Origin: a virus
Lineage: Duplodnaviria > Caudoviricetes
IMG/VR virus record: IMGVR_UViG_3300028833_000077
Direction: 5' to 3' (one strand)
Length of the DNA stretch: 64,000 nt
Shown here: positions 27,548 to 37,191 of the stretch, one piece after another
Position numbering within the stretch: position 1 is the first letter of the stretch
Layout: each line of letters starts with the position of its first letter
The notes under the pieces: model-generated
Database searches by the model: none
What the model was told of the DNA's origin: nothing
The model's input: the letters and a program-made list of their open reading frames with translations, nothing else
Made by a program: the position numbers and the translations under genes

Positions 27548-27770
27548 TCTTCTTCACTTCTGTCTCCTGAATCTCATAGCCCTTGATGTACCTCTTGAGG
27601 AACACCAATGCATCGTCCTTGTACTTTTTGATGAGGGCATCCACTTCAGAGAGGATAGATGATGCACCATCCACATAGCCATTCTTCCATTCCTTCTCCT
27701 CAAATGAAGTTCCCCTTCTCCTGTCATTGGCACGCACAGTCAGTGCCTCTGTAAATCTGTCTATCTCCAT
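27501..27770 (-). CDS. Hypothetical protein
   Basis: 89 aa. Confidence 0.55.
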   Translation of the reverse strand: MEIDRFTEALTVRANDRRRGTSFEEKEWKNGYVDGASSILSEVDALIKKYKDDALVFLKRYIKGYEIQETEVKKNEKEGTEEQEHTKEV

Positions 27771-27898
27771 GTCACTTCTGTTTATGCTTCAACATCTCAC
27801 TGATCAGACCATCATTGTTGTCATCTACAGTTGCATCATCAGGAATGAACAATCTGTCGAATGCTTCCTGAATCTCTTCGAAAATCTGAGGTATTGAC

Positions 27899-28102
27899 TT
27901 ATTCATCTGTTTCAATTGTTAGTTTGATTTTAATAGGACTGTGGTCCTTGGCCAGCTCAACCAGCCTTGAATCACTGTTTATCATCTCTCTCAAGGAAGC
28001 CAACTGCATAATCCAGTCAGGGTTGTGCAATTCAGGCTCCTCCTTCCAGACATCAAGTGAATGATGCCCATAGTCATAGGTCACATAAACTGTGTGTTCC
28101 AT
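27899..28102 (-). CDS. Hypothetical protein
   Basis: 67 aa. Confidence 0.5.
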   Translation of the reverse strand: MEHTVYVTYDYGHHSLDVWKEEPELHNPDWIMQLASLREMINSDSRLVELAKDHSPIKIKLTIETDE

Positions 28103-28103
28103 A

Positions 28104-28919
28104 TCAAGTCTTCTTGGTCTTCCTTCTAGTCTTCCTCTTAGGTGGAGCTGTTTCTTCCTGAGAAGCCTCTTCTACAGGAGGGGCAATCATCTTGGCATAC
28201 TCAGTCCTTGCCATCCTGTCACACTCTTCATTGTACCTATCTCCTGCATGGCCTCTTACCCATTTCAGTGTAGCTTTGATACCTTTGGCTCTGCATATTG
28301 ACCTATATCTGTCAACTATGTCAAGGTTCTCAGATGCTTCCCATTTCCCACTGAGCACATTGATGCTGTACTGTGAGTCTGAATGAATAACCACTTCAGC
28401 CCCATTGGGAAGGGAGTTCACTACACTGACGATGGCAAGCAGTTCCATCCTGTTTGTTGTGGTGTGGAGGAATCCCTTTGATGTCCTCTTGTACTCATTG
28501 CCATCCTCACCTATTATTATATAGGCAGAACCCCCAGGCTTGTCAGGATGGAACCAGTTGCCACTGCCATCAGTCCATGCAATGAACTTCTTCTGAGTGC
28601 TCTTGTTGGATGCAATCAGATTGTTCTGCATCACCTTGAAGGCATTTATATCCAGCTTGTCCAAGTACCCTGAAGTGCTTGCATTCTTGTGTGGCTCATA
28701 CCACCATCTTACCATGACGGTGTAGTAATCCACAAAGACCTCCATCTTAGAAGGCACACCTTTCGCCTTGCCCCAAACCTTAGTGAAGATGTCTCTATTG
28801 TAATCATCATCCCTGTAATACTTGAAGCCTTCTGAAGTCAGATAGTCTCTAAGTTCTCCATTTGTCATGTTTGTTATTGCTGTTTTCAATATTGTCAGTT
28901 TACTACTGCTCTCTTCCAT
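28104..28919 (-). CDS. rnhA: Ribonuclease HI with extra N-terminal domain (start may be ATG at 28868)
   Basis: WTDGS, TTNRMELLA, IHSDSQY, WVRGHAG, NEECDRMA. Confidence 0.9.
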   Translation of the reverse strand: MEESSSKLTILKTAITNMTNGELRDYLTSEGFKYYRDDDYNRDIFTKVWGKAKGVPSKMEVFVDYYTVMVRWWYEPHKNASTSGYLDKLDINAFKVMQNNLIASNKSTQKKFIAWTDGSGNWFHPDKPGGSAYIIIGEDGNEYKRTSKGFLHTTTNRMELLAIVSVVNSLPNGAEVVIHSDSQYSINVLSGKWEASENLDIVDRYRSICRAKGIKATLKWVRGHAGDRYNEECDRMARTEYAKMIAPPVEEASQEETAPPKRKTRRKTKKT

Positions 28920-29446
28920 CAGCCGTGCAGACCAGGTAATCAGGCTTCTTAGCTGATATCAGAGAGCTTCTTCCTGGTGTGTAAAGAAATTTCACTCACC
29001 AGTTTAACAGAACCTCTCTGTCTCTCTCAGATTGATGGATTTCCAACCAGTATAAACGAGTATCCCCCCTTCAACCAGACTGACTATCTAACAGGTTAAG
29101 CCAGCTTCAGATGTGTGTAGAGTTGCCTGTCTCTGGTGCTGTAGTCATCTTCCAAGCCCCACTATCTCGGTGTGCACCTCCTTGCTGCGAGTGTTCAGCT
29201 CCAACAGCCTAGTACCGATTTATCCCATGCTCCCTAGCGAACCCAGCAGGAACTTCCTCTCTTAACTGGTAATGCGAAGCATGTTTAGTAATCGAGGGTG
29301 GTTATCTGAATAAAGGAAAAATCCAGTAAACAGAAAAATTGCAACCCTATAGTAGCTCACAGGTTGCAATTCTCTCCATTTACTGGTATATGAGAAAAAA
29401 TCCTTCTACCCAATTATGTCGAAGCAATCAGAGCTACTTGATTACG
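28920..29446 (-). ncRNA. Long structured 5' leader, copy 2 (attenuator-like)
   Basis: Nested hairpin 29323-29386; upstream 29424-29438 complementary to its loop and stem; homologous to copy 1. Confidence 0.6.
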
Positions 29447-29450
29447 TGGA

Positions 29451-29458
29451 CAAAGGTA
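29451..29458 (-). promoter_or_regulatory. Bacteroidetes -7 box (TACCTTTG)
   Basis: AATGTGTACCTTTG identical to the promoter at 6365-6378. Confidence 0.7.
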
Positions 29459-29526
29459 CACATTATAGGTTATATAGTCAAGGACCTAAGAACGATACTA
29501 AGGTCAGAGTAGGATTACCCTTAGAT

Positions 29527-29901
29527 TCAGCTACCACAGTGCTCCCCAAACATGGGTTGGAACATGGACTGCTCCATATAGCATATCGGGGAACTGATGT
29601 TCTTGAACATCCTCTCCTTAGCATCCTTGGAGATACCCACCAACCTTCCTGTGCGGTAGGGGTTATTTCCTGACTCCCCATCCTTGACCTCAATGATGAG
29701 CAGGCCCTTCTGGTCTACCACATTCTGACAGTCGTCACACAGTCCCATGTAGACATCCTTTGGGGCCTCTTGGTCTCCCTTGAGCTTTCCCATCAAAGCT
29801 ACTCCTATCTCCTTGCCACAACACTCACAATGGGTAATGCTTGGATTGAGCCCATGCTTTGGTGACAGCTGTATTGAACCTTTCTTTCTTGCCATAATCA
29901 A
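29527..29901 (-). CDS. Zn-finger hypothetical protein
   Basis: LSPKHGLNP, CECCG, CDDC motifs. Confidence 0.7.
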   Translation of the reverse strand: MIMARKKGSIQLSPKHGLNPSITHCECCGKEIGVALMGKLKGDQEAPKDVYMGLCDDCQNVVDQKGLLIIEVKDGESGNNPYRTGRLVGISKDAKERMFKNISSPICYMEQSMFQPMFGEHCGS

Positions 29902-30188
29902 TTCTGATGTTGTTCCCTAATCATTTCCATGGGAGTAACCTTCTCCCAAGCCCCGCAGTGAGGGCAGTGGAAGTTGTACTCCTCCACATGCCCCTTCTGG
30001 TCATAGTTGTCCCTCATGTGCTTCATCCTCTTGCCACAGTAGGGACATTTTCTGTTGTAGAATGCCAAGGCTATGCCGATGAATATGTTGAGGAACACCA
30101 GCATCACCATGCACAGCAGTACAAGAATTATCGTACCTAACATATCAATCCTGTTCAAAGTCAGTTTCATCCTCAGTCCAGCACTCAC
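29898..30188 (-). CDS. Membrane-anchored zinc-ribbon protein
   Basis: Hydrophobic N-terminal segment, CPYCG...CPHCG. Confidence 0.65.
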   Translation of the reverse strand: MSAGLRMKLTLNRIDMLGTIILVLLCMVMLVFLNIFIGIALAFYNRKCPYCGKRMKHMRDNYDQKGHVEEYNFHCPHCGAWEKVTPMEMIREQHQN

Positions 30189-30591
30189 ACTCTTCGATGA
30201 GTCCCTTGAGCCTTCTTACCTTAGTAGCCTTGAAGCTTCTGTCACCAGGAAGCATGTCCTTCTGGATTTCCCTGAGGTCCTTCTCAAGGTATTCCTGCAG
30301 CATTTGTATAAGCTGCAAAGGAGTCTTGTAGCCATTGCTTTCATACTCCTTAGACCAATCAGTATCAGAGGTATCATCAGGATCCTGCCAGCCAGATGCA
30401 CAGCAGCTCTCACCATCATAGTCATAGTCAACACCTGATGCACCAGGGATATAGTCGTTTGTCCATACAGAGGCAGTTCTGCTCAGTGACTGGCTGCATG
30501 TTACTTCAAACTCCTTCTCAGGGATATCACAATCGGCCCATGGAGCCCCCGGAGTTGAGTCACTCAAACCGTCTGGATAATTTGATAACAT
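30145..30591 (-). CDS. Acidic hypothetical protein
   Basis: SNYPDG...GAPW N-terminus; 148 aa. Confidence 0.65.
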   Translation of the reverse strand: MLSNYPDGLSDSTPGAPWADCDIPEKEFEVTCSQSLSRTASVWTNDYIPGASGVDYDYDGESCCASGWQDPDDTSDTDWSKEYESNGYKTPLQLIQMLQEYLEKDLREIQKDMLPGDRSFKATKVRRLKGLIEECECWTEDETDFEQD

Positions 30592-30597
30592 ATTCGT

Positions 30598-30909
30598 CTA
30601 TTCCTTCTTTAAAATGTTGATTCTGTCTTGGATATAGAACATGGCCTTCTCCAAGTCCTCTATCTCCTTCTCCTTGCTTGACATGCCTTCCTCAGACTTC
30701 AGTCCTGCCCTCCATAGATACTTGACGGCATTGCCTTTCCATGTAGGCATGTCCCTTATCACATCAATGCACTCTAGGTTCACATCGAAGTCTGCATCAC
30801 ATACTGCACAACGCAGTTTCAGTACAGGGCCGCCATGTGTGTAGTGGTAGGGATGGTTTACTCTGTCATACTCTTCTTCCTTCCCTACATTTCCTATTAT
30901 CTGTTCCAT
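30598..30909 (-). CDS. DUF3310 (SaV-like) protein
   Basis: DRVNHPYHY...ECIDVI...GNAVKYLWRAGLK...EDLEKA..Y. Confidence 0.85.
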   Translation of the reverse strand: MEQIIGNVGKEEEYDRVNHPYHYTHGGPVLKLRCAVCDADFDVNLECIDVIRDMPTWKGNAVKYLWRAGLKSEEGMSSKEKEIEDLEKAMFYIQDRINILKKE

Positions 30910-31043
30910 GATAAATTCTTTAAATCGGTTCATACTCATCTGGCGTGCAGGGAGTCCTGCCCAGTTCATATATGAATAGGGCAATGACTCCTACCAAATA
31001 TATACCCATGATAATGGCTATAGTCTTCATAGATGTCTGGTCT

Positions 31044-31472
31044 TTAGGGTTGTACTACATCATCGAGGTACTCATAGTCCACTTGGATGATTCCCTCAAT
31101 GGTCATGTCATAGCCCTGACGGGCAAGCTTCTGAGTGTTTATATGGGCCTCTGAGAGGTCATTGGCCCAGATGAGCACCTTGTACTTTAGTGACTTCTCA
31201 GTACCGTCATCAGCCAGCCATACATCCTTTAAGGTGGCAATGAAGGTACTGTCACCAGTGAACTGGTTGGCGACCTCCTTCAATGGAGACATCCTCAGTG
31301 ACTGTATGGAGAAGTCCTCCACAGAGCCATCCGTCTGTTCCTGTGCCAGCTTGGCCATTACATCATACTCTGCCTCTGCAAACAGTTCCCTGTTCAGCAG
31401 GAGCGTCTCAGTTCTCTTCCTTGTCTTGCCATCAATGACTCTGGCAACCTTCACTTTCACTTCAATCAGCAT
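31044..31472 (-). CDS. DUF4494-like Bacteroidetes protein
   Basis: EVKVK...GKTRKRTE..L...FAEAE duplicated-domain pattern. Confidence 0.65.
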   Translation of the reverse strand: MLIEVKVKVARVIDGKTRKRTETLLLNRELFAEAEYDVMAKLAQEQTDGSVEDFSIQSLRMSPLKEVANQFTGDSTFIATLKDVWLADDGTEKSLKYKVLIWANDLSEAHINTQKLARQGYDMTIEGIIQVDYEYLDDVVQP

Positions 31473-31490
31473 ATTCTTTCTTTTTATACA

Positions 31491-31760
31491 TTAAATTGCA
31501 TTTCCCCTCGGATAAATCTCATTCACATAGCACCATCCATCCACTTTCGGACTGAAGAGGCTTATGGGCCCTGAATGGTTCTCAGCCCAGCACTCATTGG
31601 TATCCTTGTCATAGCTGTAAGCTGTGTATATGCTGCCTTCCATAGCTATGAGGATACCTCCCATCTCATGGAAGTCCAGTATGGGCTTCACATGATACGA
31701 ATACCAGTTGACTCTCATAAGGCTGATACATCTAGACCATTCTCCTCCATCCTTGCACAT
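31491..31760 (-). CDS. Hypothetical protein
   Basis: 89 aa, start uncertain. Confidence 0.45.
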   Translation of the reverse strand: MCKDGGEWSRCISLMRVNWYSYHVKPILDFHEMGGILIAMEGSIYTAYSYDKDTNECWAENHSGPISLFSPKVDGWCYVNEIYPRGNAI

Positions 31761-31981
31761 ATATAGTCATTCCTGACCCTTGCCAGTTCGTTGACTATCT
31801 CCTTGGGAGACCACTCGTCCTTTACAGGAACAAGTGGGATTCCTTGATGAGCAAAGTATACAGTGCCCTTGAAGTCAGTCAGAGTGATGACATCCTCTGC
31901 CATCCTCTCAATGTCTCTCTTACGGGAGGACTGGTGTCTCTCCCTCAGTGTGCTGAAGAATCCCATGTTCAATTCCCCCAA
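31715..31981 (-). CDS. Hypothetical protein
   Basis: 88 aa. Confidence 0.55.
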   Translation of the reverse strand: MGELNMGFFSTLRERHQSSRKRDIERMAEDVITLTDFKGTVYFAHQGIPLVPVKDEWSPKEIVNELARVRNDYICARMEENGLDVSAL

Positions 31982-32697
31982 TTTAGACCTATTGCCTTGA
32001 AGAGGCTCTTCAGGAATAGTACCTTCCTCTTCCCTATACCCCTCTCCTTGCGTATCAACTCCTCTGGATCGGACACATAGACCTTTCCAAGAGTACCATA
32101 CTTGTTGATGGTGTTCTTGATGCCTCCATCCAATTGGATGTTGATGTCCTCCAACTCAGTGCCACTGAGCTCAAGCACATCTTTGACTGATGCTCCTAAG
32201 GAATCAAACACCTTCTTGTTGCTCTCATAGGGAGGAATATCTTCCTTCTTCTCCTTCTTCACTTCCTTCCTCTCCTGCTTCTTTGAGGAGTCTATTGTCA
32301 TGGCAACAGTTCCTGAAGGCTGGCTAATCCTATAGGTTGCATAATCCCCACTATTGGCCATGTTGTCCGATATGTCCAGCTCAGTATCCTTCTTCAGATT
32401 GAAGTGGTTCTGGATGAAGTCAATCAAGAGCTTTCCCCTGAGAGAGAATGTCTGGTCTGCCGTAGGAGCAGTGATGCCGAATCCTTTTGACTTGTTGAAG
32501 ATAAAGTAGAGGCTCTTGGAGTCATCACCCACACCTACATTGCAATAGGTAGGACGAAGCTTGGCAAGCTCCTTGGTGATGCTCTTGTTGAAGACAATCC
32601 TCTTGTCCTTGTTTTCAATCCTGACACGCACAGTATTCTTGCCTATACCCATTCGGCATGTAGCAGAATTCAAGTCAATAAATGTAATGTGTTCCAT
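31969..32697 (-). CDS. Protein with C-terminal RNAP alpha-CTD-like helix-hairpin-helix domain
   Basis: TLGKVYVSDPEELIRKERGIGKRKVLFLKSLFKAIGL resembles the alpha-CTD pattern GDL...EELL...NLGKKS..EIK..L...GL. Confidence 0.55.
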   Translation of the reverse strand: MEHITFIDLNSATCRMGIGKNTVRVRIENKDKRIVFNKSITKELAKLRPTYCNVGVGDDSKSLYFIFNKSKGFGITAPTADQTFSLRGKLLIDFIQNHFNLKKDTELDISDNMANSGDYATYRISQPSGTVAMTIDSSKKQERKEVKKEKKEDIPPYESNKKVFDSLGASVKDVLELSGTELEDINIQLDGGIKNTINKYGTLGKVYVSDPEELIRKERGIGKRKVLFLKSLFKAIGLNWGN

Positions 32698-32708
32698 TCT
32701 TAGTCGTT

Positions 32709-32834
32709 TTAATATTCATGATACATTTCATATAAATCGAGAAGCTCCTCAACAGGAGTGTGGTCCACCACCTCACTTGTCCATCCTTGAACATTGGTGA
32801 AGTAATCTCTCAGTTCTTTTTCAGTTATTGGCAT
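32709..32834 (-). CDS. Small acidic protein (41 aa; not in ORF track)
   Basis: MPITEKELRDYFTNVQGWTSEVVDHTPVEELLDLYEMYHEY, fills the gap after polA. Confidence 0.5.
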   Translation of the reverse strand: MPITEKELRDYFTNVQGWTSEVVDHTPVEELLDLYEMYHEY

Positions 32835-32844
32835 AGCGTTAGTG

Positions 32845-35800
32845 TTAATGAATCCAATGTGTCCCGATTTCTGCTTCTGCGGGGATGGGTAGCTTTGTGC
32901 ATACTAGAGCAGCAGCAGATTCCATGCATTCCTTTAGTTTAACAGGCACAATGTTATGTAGTGCTTCAGGGTAAATGATGTCACTTTCATCATGGACCAG
33001 TGCAGCAAACTCCACTTTTCCAAAATACCCACTGTCTACAACCCAATTGAAGAAGTTTGTCATAGCTATCTTCAGGATGACACAGCCAGAGCCTTGTGTT
33101 GGAGCATTAAGTGCCATACGGTCCCACTTTGATGCTGCCCTGAAGTGCATGGACACCTCTTGTGCTATAGCATCACCAGTTCCTTTATGTCTTAGTCTAT
33201 ACTCTTCCCAAAATTCTTGAGTGAAGGACTTCTGCCTTTCAAGCCATTCCTTGTGATCCCACCAGTACATCTTATGACCACTGTACTTGCACATCAGGAT
33301 ATATCCATTCTGTCTGACAAATTCAGAGCCTTTCTTCTTGAAGTCTGCAATTCCCTTAAATCTGTTATAATAGGCATCCACATAATGTTGGGCTTCTTCC
33401 TCGGATATTGCAAGCTGTGTTGCAAGTCCAAAGGCAGATCCACCGAACTGAATCAAAAACTCAGGACTCTTGGAACGCTTCCTCAGCTCAGGATACTTCT
33501 TCTTGATTTCCTTGGTAGTAATACCCGGCTCCATCTGATCTGCAAAGAATGTCTGTGCCATCAAAGAATGAATGTCCCCACTGCCATGCAGGAACTCTTC
33601 TATCATATGGGGCTCATTGTAAATGTCAGCTCCTAGGCGACTTTCTAGCACCCCGATTCAGGGGTGGACTATCCCTTTACCATGCACACATAGGTGTGTT
33701 TAGGTAGCGCATTATAGTCTCTGCACCTTCCATAATATACTGACCGTTCTTTTTGTTTATAAGATGACCAGCACTATTATAGCTTGGCTCAGGGTTAGGG
33801 GAAGCAACCCCTTCCTTGAATTTCGCGCATTTTTCTCTAAGCATTTCTGCAAAGAGGTGCCCTCTTTCATATTTACGCATCAAGTAAATATGAGCTTCAT
33901 TGTACATTAAATTGGCAACTCTAACAACATCTACTGTTTTTTGTACTTCTAAATAGTACAAGTAGTTATTGTTTGGTTTCTTTCTTTTACTAAGAGTGCT
34001 TTCTATGCCTAAGGAATGCAGGTAATCCTTTATCTTTTGTAAAAAGATCAAGGACTTTCCACATATTCCCCACTGCATGGTATTACCCTTATTAGTAGAG
34101 TGCCAATACCCATCTCCATCGAATATCCCTCGCAGGATGTGCGGTGTTAATGGGGTATAAATATCACATTCATAAGATTTATTATGGAAATTCCCATGTT
34201 CTTCAAGCCAGGCAGCAATTAAATCACTCCTGACAGAAGTACTGAACATGTAAGTGTTACACTTCTTTTGAAGCACTTTTGAAACCTTATTTCTAGGACA
34301 AGCGAAGTCCCTGAATTTCTCTACCATCTCCTTATCCTTTAACGACAGTGAGATTGCCACAGAATTAGTTTCTTTTCTGTGACATACACAACCATCAGTC
34401 AAAAGGAGCCCAAGAAAGTATTCAGACTTCTCATCTCCAATTTTAAAAGGGTTCTCTTTAACTCTTGTATTAACTTCTTTAGGAGTTCTTGGAGCTATCC
34501 CATAACGTAACAACACTCTTCTGATGCTAGTGTTGTAAGTGTTCCATTTCTTAGCAATCTCTACAGTGTTTAATCCTGCTTGATAATCACTAATAATACT
34601 TTGTTCCTTTTCAATACTAAATCTCATATTATCCTGATTTTTGTATTGCAAATTTAAGCAGAGTAATCGGAACATACTATCTTATAAATATTACACTTAT
34701 ACTAATTAATCATTTTACTTAAGCACTGAAGTCGCAGCTGCACCATTCATAGCCTTTAGGAGCTGTAAAGCATCCTCTGGTCTGCTCATCTGCAGGAAGC
34801 TGCTGACAATTCGGATAGGTACAGTCCTTAGGCTTTACCTTATTTACCTTGGCAAGGTCCTCATTAGGCTGCTGTGAGCCACAGGACATGCGGCCACTCG
34901 CTGCACCCAGCTGCTTGTATACAGTATGTATCCTATCTGTCTTTGGATTGATGGCATTCAGATGGCCTTGTCCAAAGGATGAGCACACCTTAAAGTGTTC
35001 TTGATAGTCAAAGTACAGTTTGAGGAACTCATCACATATTCCCTTCTGTGCCTTCAGTAGCTTCTCAAGTACAGAATCCTTGTCCTCACCAGTCTTCTTG
35101 TCCTTTGTGGCAGTATTGAATCCTAGTATCTTCGCTATCTTAACTACTTGCATGGAACTAGACCAGTTTACCTTCACCTTTGGAGTCAAGTCAAACCCAC
35201 TGAACAAATCTCCCTGAGTGTCTATGTAGACAAATTGCTTCAGGTCATTACGTGTGACCACAAAGTCATTGAGAAGCTTTTCTGCTTGAGCAAGCTTTTC
35301 CTGATCAGACTTCATCTTATCCATCCACTTGGCTCTGTCCAGATGGATACCGCACCATTCAAGGTAGGATATAGCAGGGATGAAGTCACACTCTATCTTG
35401 GCTGCCTTCATAAGGTCCTGTTTCTTGAGGTCTTCTACTTGAGACCACATGATTCTTTCAAGATAGGTGACATCTCCAGCTGCATACATGATGACTTGGG
35501 TGTCAAGTCCTCTCCACTGAATTTCCCCTCGGACAGTCTTGTCAATGTTGATATGTAATCTTCTGTCAGCAATGGCATTCAATGCATAAGAGATTTGCCC
35601 TGCAGGCCACCCAAGATGGAGCAGCTGCTCCACAATCATAGTATCATATACTCTTCTGATGATGATACCATAGTTGAAGAAGAACTGCAAGTCAAACTTT
35701 GCATTCTGTAGTACACATAGTGCATTCTCTAGTATGTGCTTGTACTTCTTGATGTCTACAGTAGTACAGTCCACTACTATCCTGGCATCTGCCTTGTCAT

Positions 35801-35972
35801 TTCCAAATTGTACACAGAGAAAGTCACATAAATGTGCATCACGGCCTGTAGTCTCACTGTCCAGCTGGATAATCTTCCAATTCTCCATTATCTTGAGGGA
35901 CTCCTCAACAGAGATAATTTTGTAATCATCCCTGTCAAAGAGTTCCTGTTGATGTGTTACCAGATAGACCAT
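32845..35972 (-). CDS. polA: Family A DNA polymerase, intron-split: exon 1 35972-34722, exon 2 33648-32845 (684 aa spliced)
   Basis: ExoI LDSETTG, NAKFD, YAAGDV; GRMSC..PN.QQLP; splicing restores motif A CDFSA|LESR; motif B RKRSKSPEF; motif C VHDE. Confidence 0.92.
33677..34627 (-). CDS. Intron-encoded double-motif LAGLIDADG homing endonuclease with N-terminal HTH
   Basis: YFLGLLLTDGC and ILRGIFDGDG; likely ATG at 34627. Confidence 0.88.
   Translation of the reverse strand: MRFSIEKEQSIISDYQAGLNTVEIAKKWNTYNTSIRRVLLRYGIAPRTPKEVNTRVKENPFKIGDEKSEYFLGLLLTDGCVCHRKETNSVAISLSLKDKEMVEKFRDFACPRNKVSKVLQKKCNTYMFSTSVRSDLIAAWLEEHGNFHNKSYECDIYTPLTPHILRGIFDGDGYWHSTNKGNTMQWGICGKSLIFLQKIKDYLHSLGIESTLSKRKKPNNNYLYYLEVQKTVDVVRVANLMYNEAHIYLMRKYERGHLFAEMLREKCAKFKEGVASPNPEPSYNSAGHLINKKNGQYIMEGAETIMRYLNTPMCAW
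34649..34656 (-). promoter_or_regulatory. Intron-internal -7 promoter for the homing endonuclease
   Basis: TAAATTTG about 21 nt upstream of ATG 34627. Confidence 0.6.
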
Positions 35973-36415
35973 TACATCTTGGTATATGCGATCAGTGCGT
36001 CAAAATCCAATACATATTTGAACTTGTTGAAGAACCTTGACCCTATGACTCCATGGAGATTCACCCCATAGTCGTTCTTCATCAGGTCAAAAGGTGCTCT
36101 CATGTCCTTGATGAGATAGTCAAATGGATACACCTCATTCTTGTATGAGAATGTGATGTTGCATTTATCCACTTTATGAACCTTGCCATCCAAACCTGAC
36201 AGTGTGCCTTCATAGTCCACTTTCTCATAGTCCACCTCATCAAGCACACTAGCATCTATGATGTTGTCATTGCTGCCTGTATCGAAGAGGAAGTTATACT
36301 TTCGGTCTCCCTGATAGAATGTAACCATAGGAAGACCAGTCAGGTCCATTGATTCCCTGAAGCTGATTGCCTTGGGATGGATGTCAAATATCTTATTAAA
36401 TAGTTTCTTTAGCAT
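35972..36415 (-). CDS. Retropepsin-like aspartyl protease
   Basis: FLFDTGS catalytic motif and GVIGSRFF C-terminal motif. Confidence 0.85.
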   Translation of the reverse strand: MLKKLFNKIFDIHPKAISFRESMDLTGLPMVTFYQGDRKYNFLFDTGSNDNIIDASVLDEVDYEKVDYEGTLSGLDGKVHKVDKCNITFSYKNEVYPFDYLIKDMRAPFDLMKNDYGVNLHGVIGSRFFNKFKYVLDFDALIAYTKM

Positions 36416-36558
36416 AATATTGTTTTGTTATTGTTAGTCTGCCCCTCACTAGAGGCTGACATGAGTTTTAGCATGCTTGTGGGCCACCATGACGATTGTC
36501 CCACCATAACCACAGTACCACCAGTACCATGGTTACTATGAATGATTCCATCAGCATA

Positions 36559-37068
36559 CTAGACACCTGTTGAGCCGAACCCACCCCTCTCAGGATTGTC
36601 CAATGAATCCACTTGCTCTATCTCTATTCCTGAGGAGAACAGCCATTTCAGCTTCTGCCACATGGTTGCCTTCTGGTTTGGCTGTATTCTGAACTGGCAC
36701 AGCCGTGTGCCTTTTGGGATGGTGATGTCCTGGGTGGCCACTACAGGCATCTTCCACTCATCCTTGTCTGACTTGTATGACTGGTCTATGATGCCCAATG
36801 AGTTGCTCTCCATCAGGCCGTACTTCCTGAATGTGGAACTCCTTGGAGCCACAATGGACTCAAAGCCCTCAGGAACCTCTATACACACCCCAAGAGGGAT
36901 AATATCAGAGTCGAATGTCACATTCCTGTAGCCATCAGACTTCTTGTTGAGGTCCACCTTAGGAGCAACCAGATTGACGGTTTCTGCTGTATGGAGGTCT
37001 ATCCAGTCACCTTTGTCAGAGACTTCAGGAAGGCATCCTTCAGTCTTTACCAATACTTTTATCTTCAT
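36559..37068 (-). CDS. dut: dUTPase (trimeric)
   Basis: DWIDL, PRSS, GIIDQSY, RLCQ, RGGFGSTG. Confidence 0.93.
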   Translation of the reverse strand: MKIKVLVKTEGCLPEVSDKGDWIDLHTAETVNLVAPKVDLNKKSDGYRNVTFDSDIIPLGVCIEVPEGFESIVAPRSSTFRKYGLMESNSLGIIDQSYKSDKDEWKMPVVATQDITIPKGTRLCQFRIQPNQKATMWQKLKWLFSSGIEIEQVDSLDNPERGGFGSTGV

Positions 37069-37191
37069 TTTTCCAATTCCTTTATTTGTGTTTTGAAACT
37101 GTTGATGGCAGTACCTATGGATGTACTGCTGCCAGGGAACTCCTTGTCAATGTCCTCAAGACACTGAACCCATCCCTTAAGTGTTTCAAGT

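Larger units (their letters stand above)
33649..34721 (-). mobile_element. Group I intron in polA
   Basis: Exon ends in U (GTGCT) pairing with IGS GGGCAC; core AAATTCAAGGAA, CCCTGAGCCAAG, GCAGAGACTA/GATAGTCC (P7); terminal G precedes CTAGAA. Confidence 0.9.
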
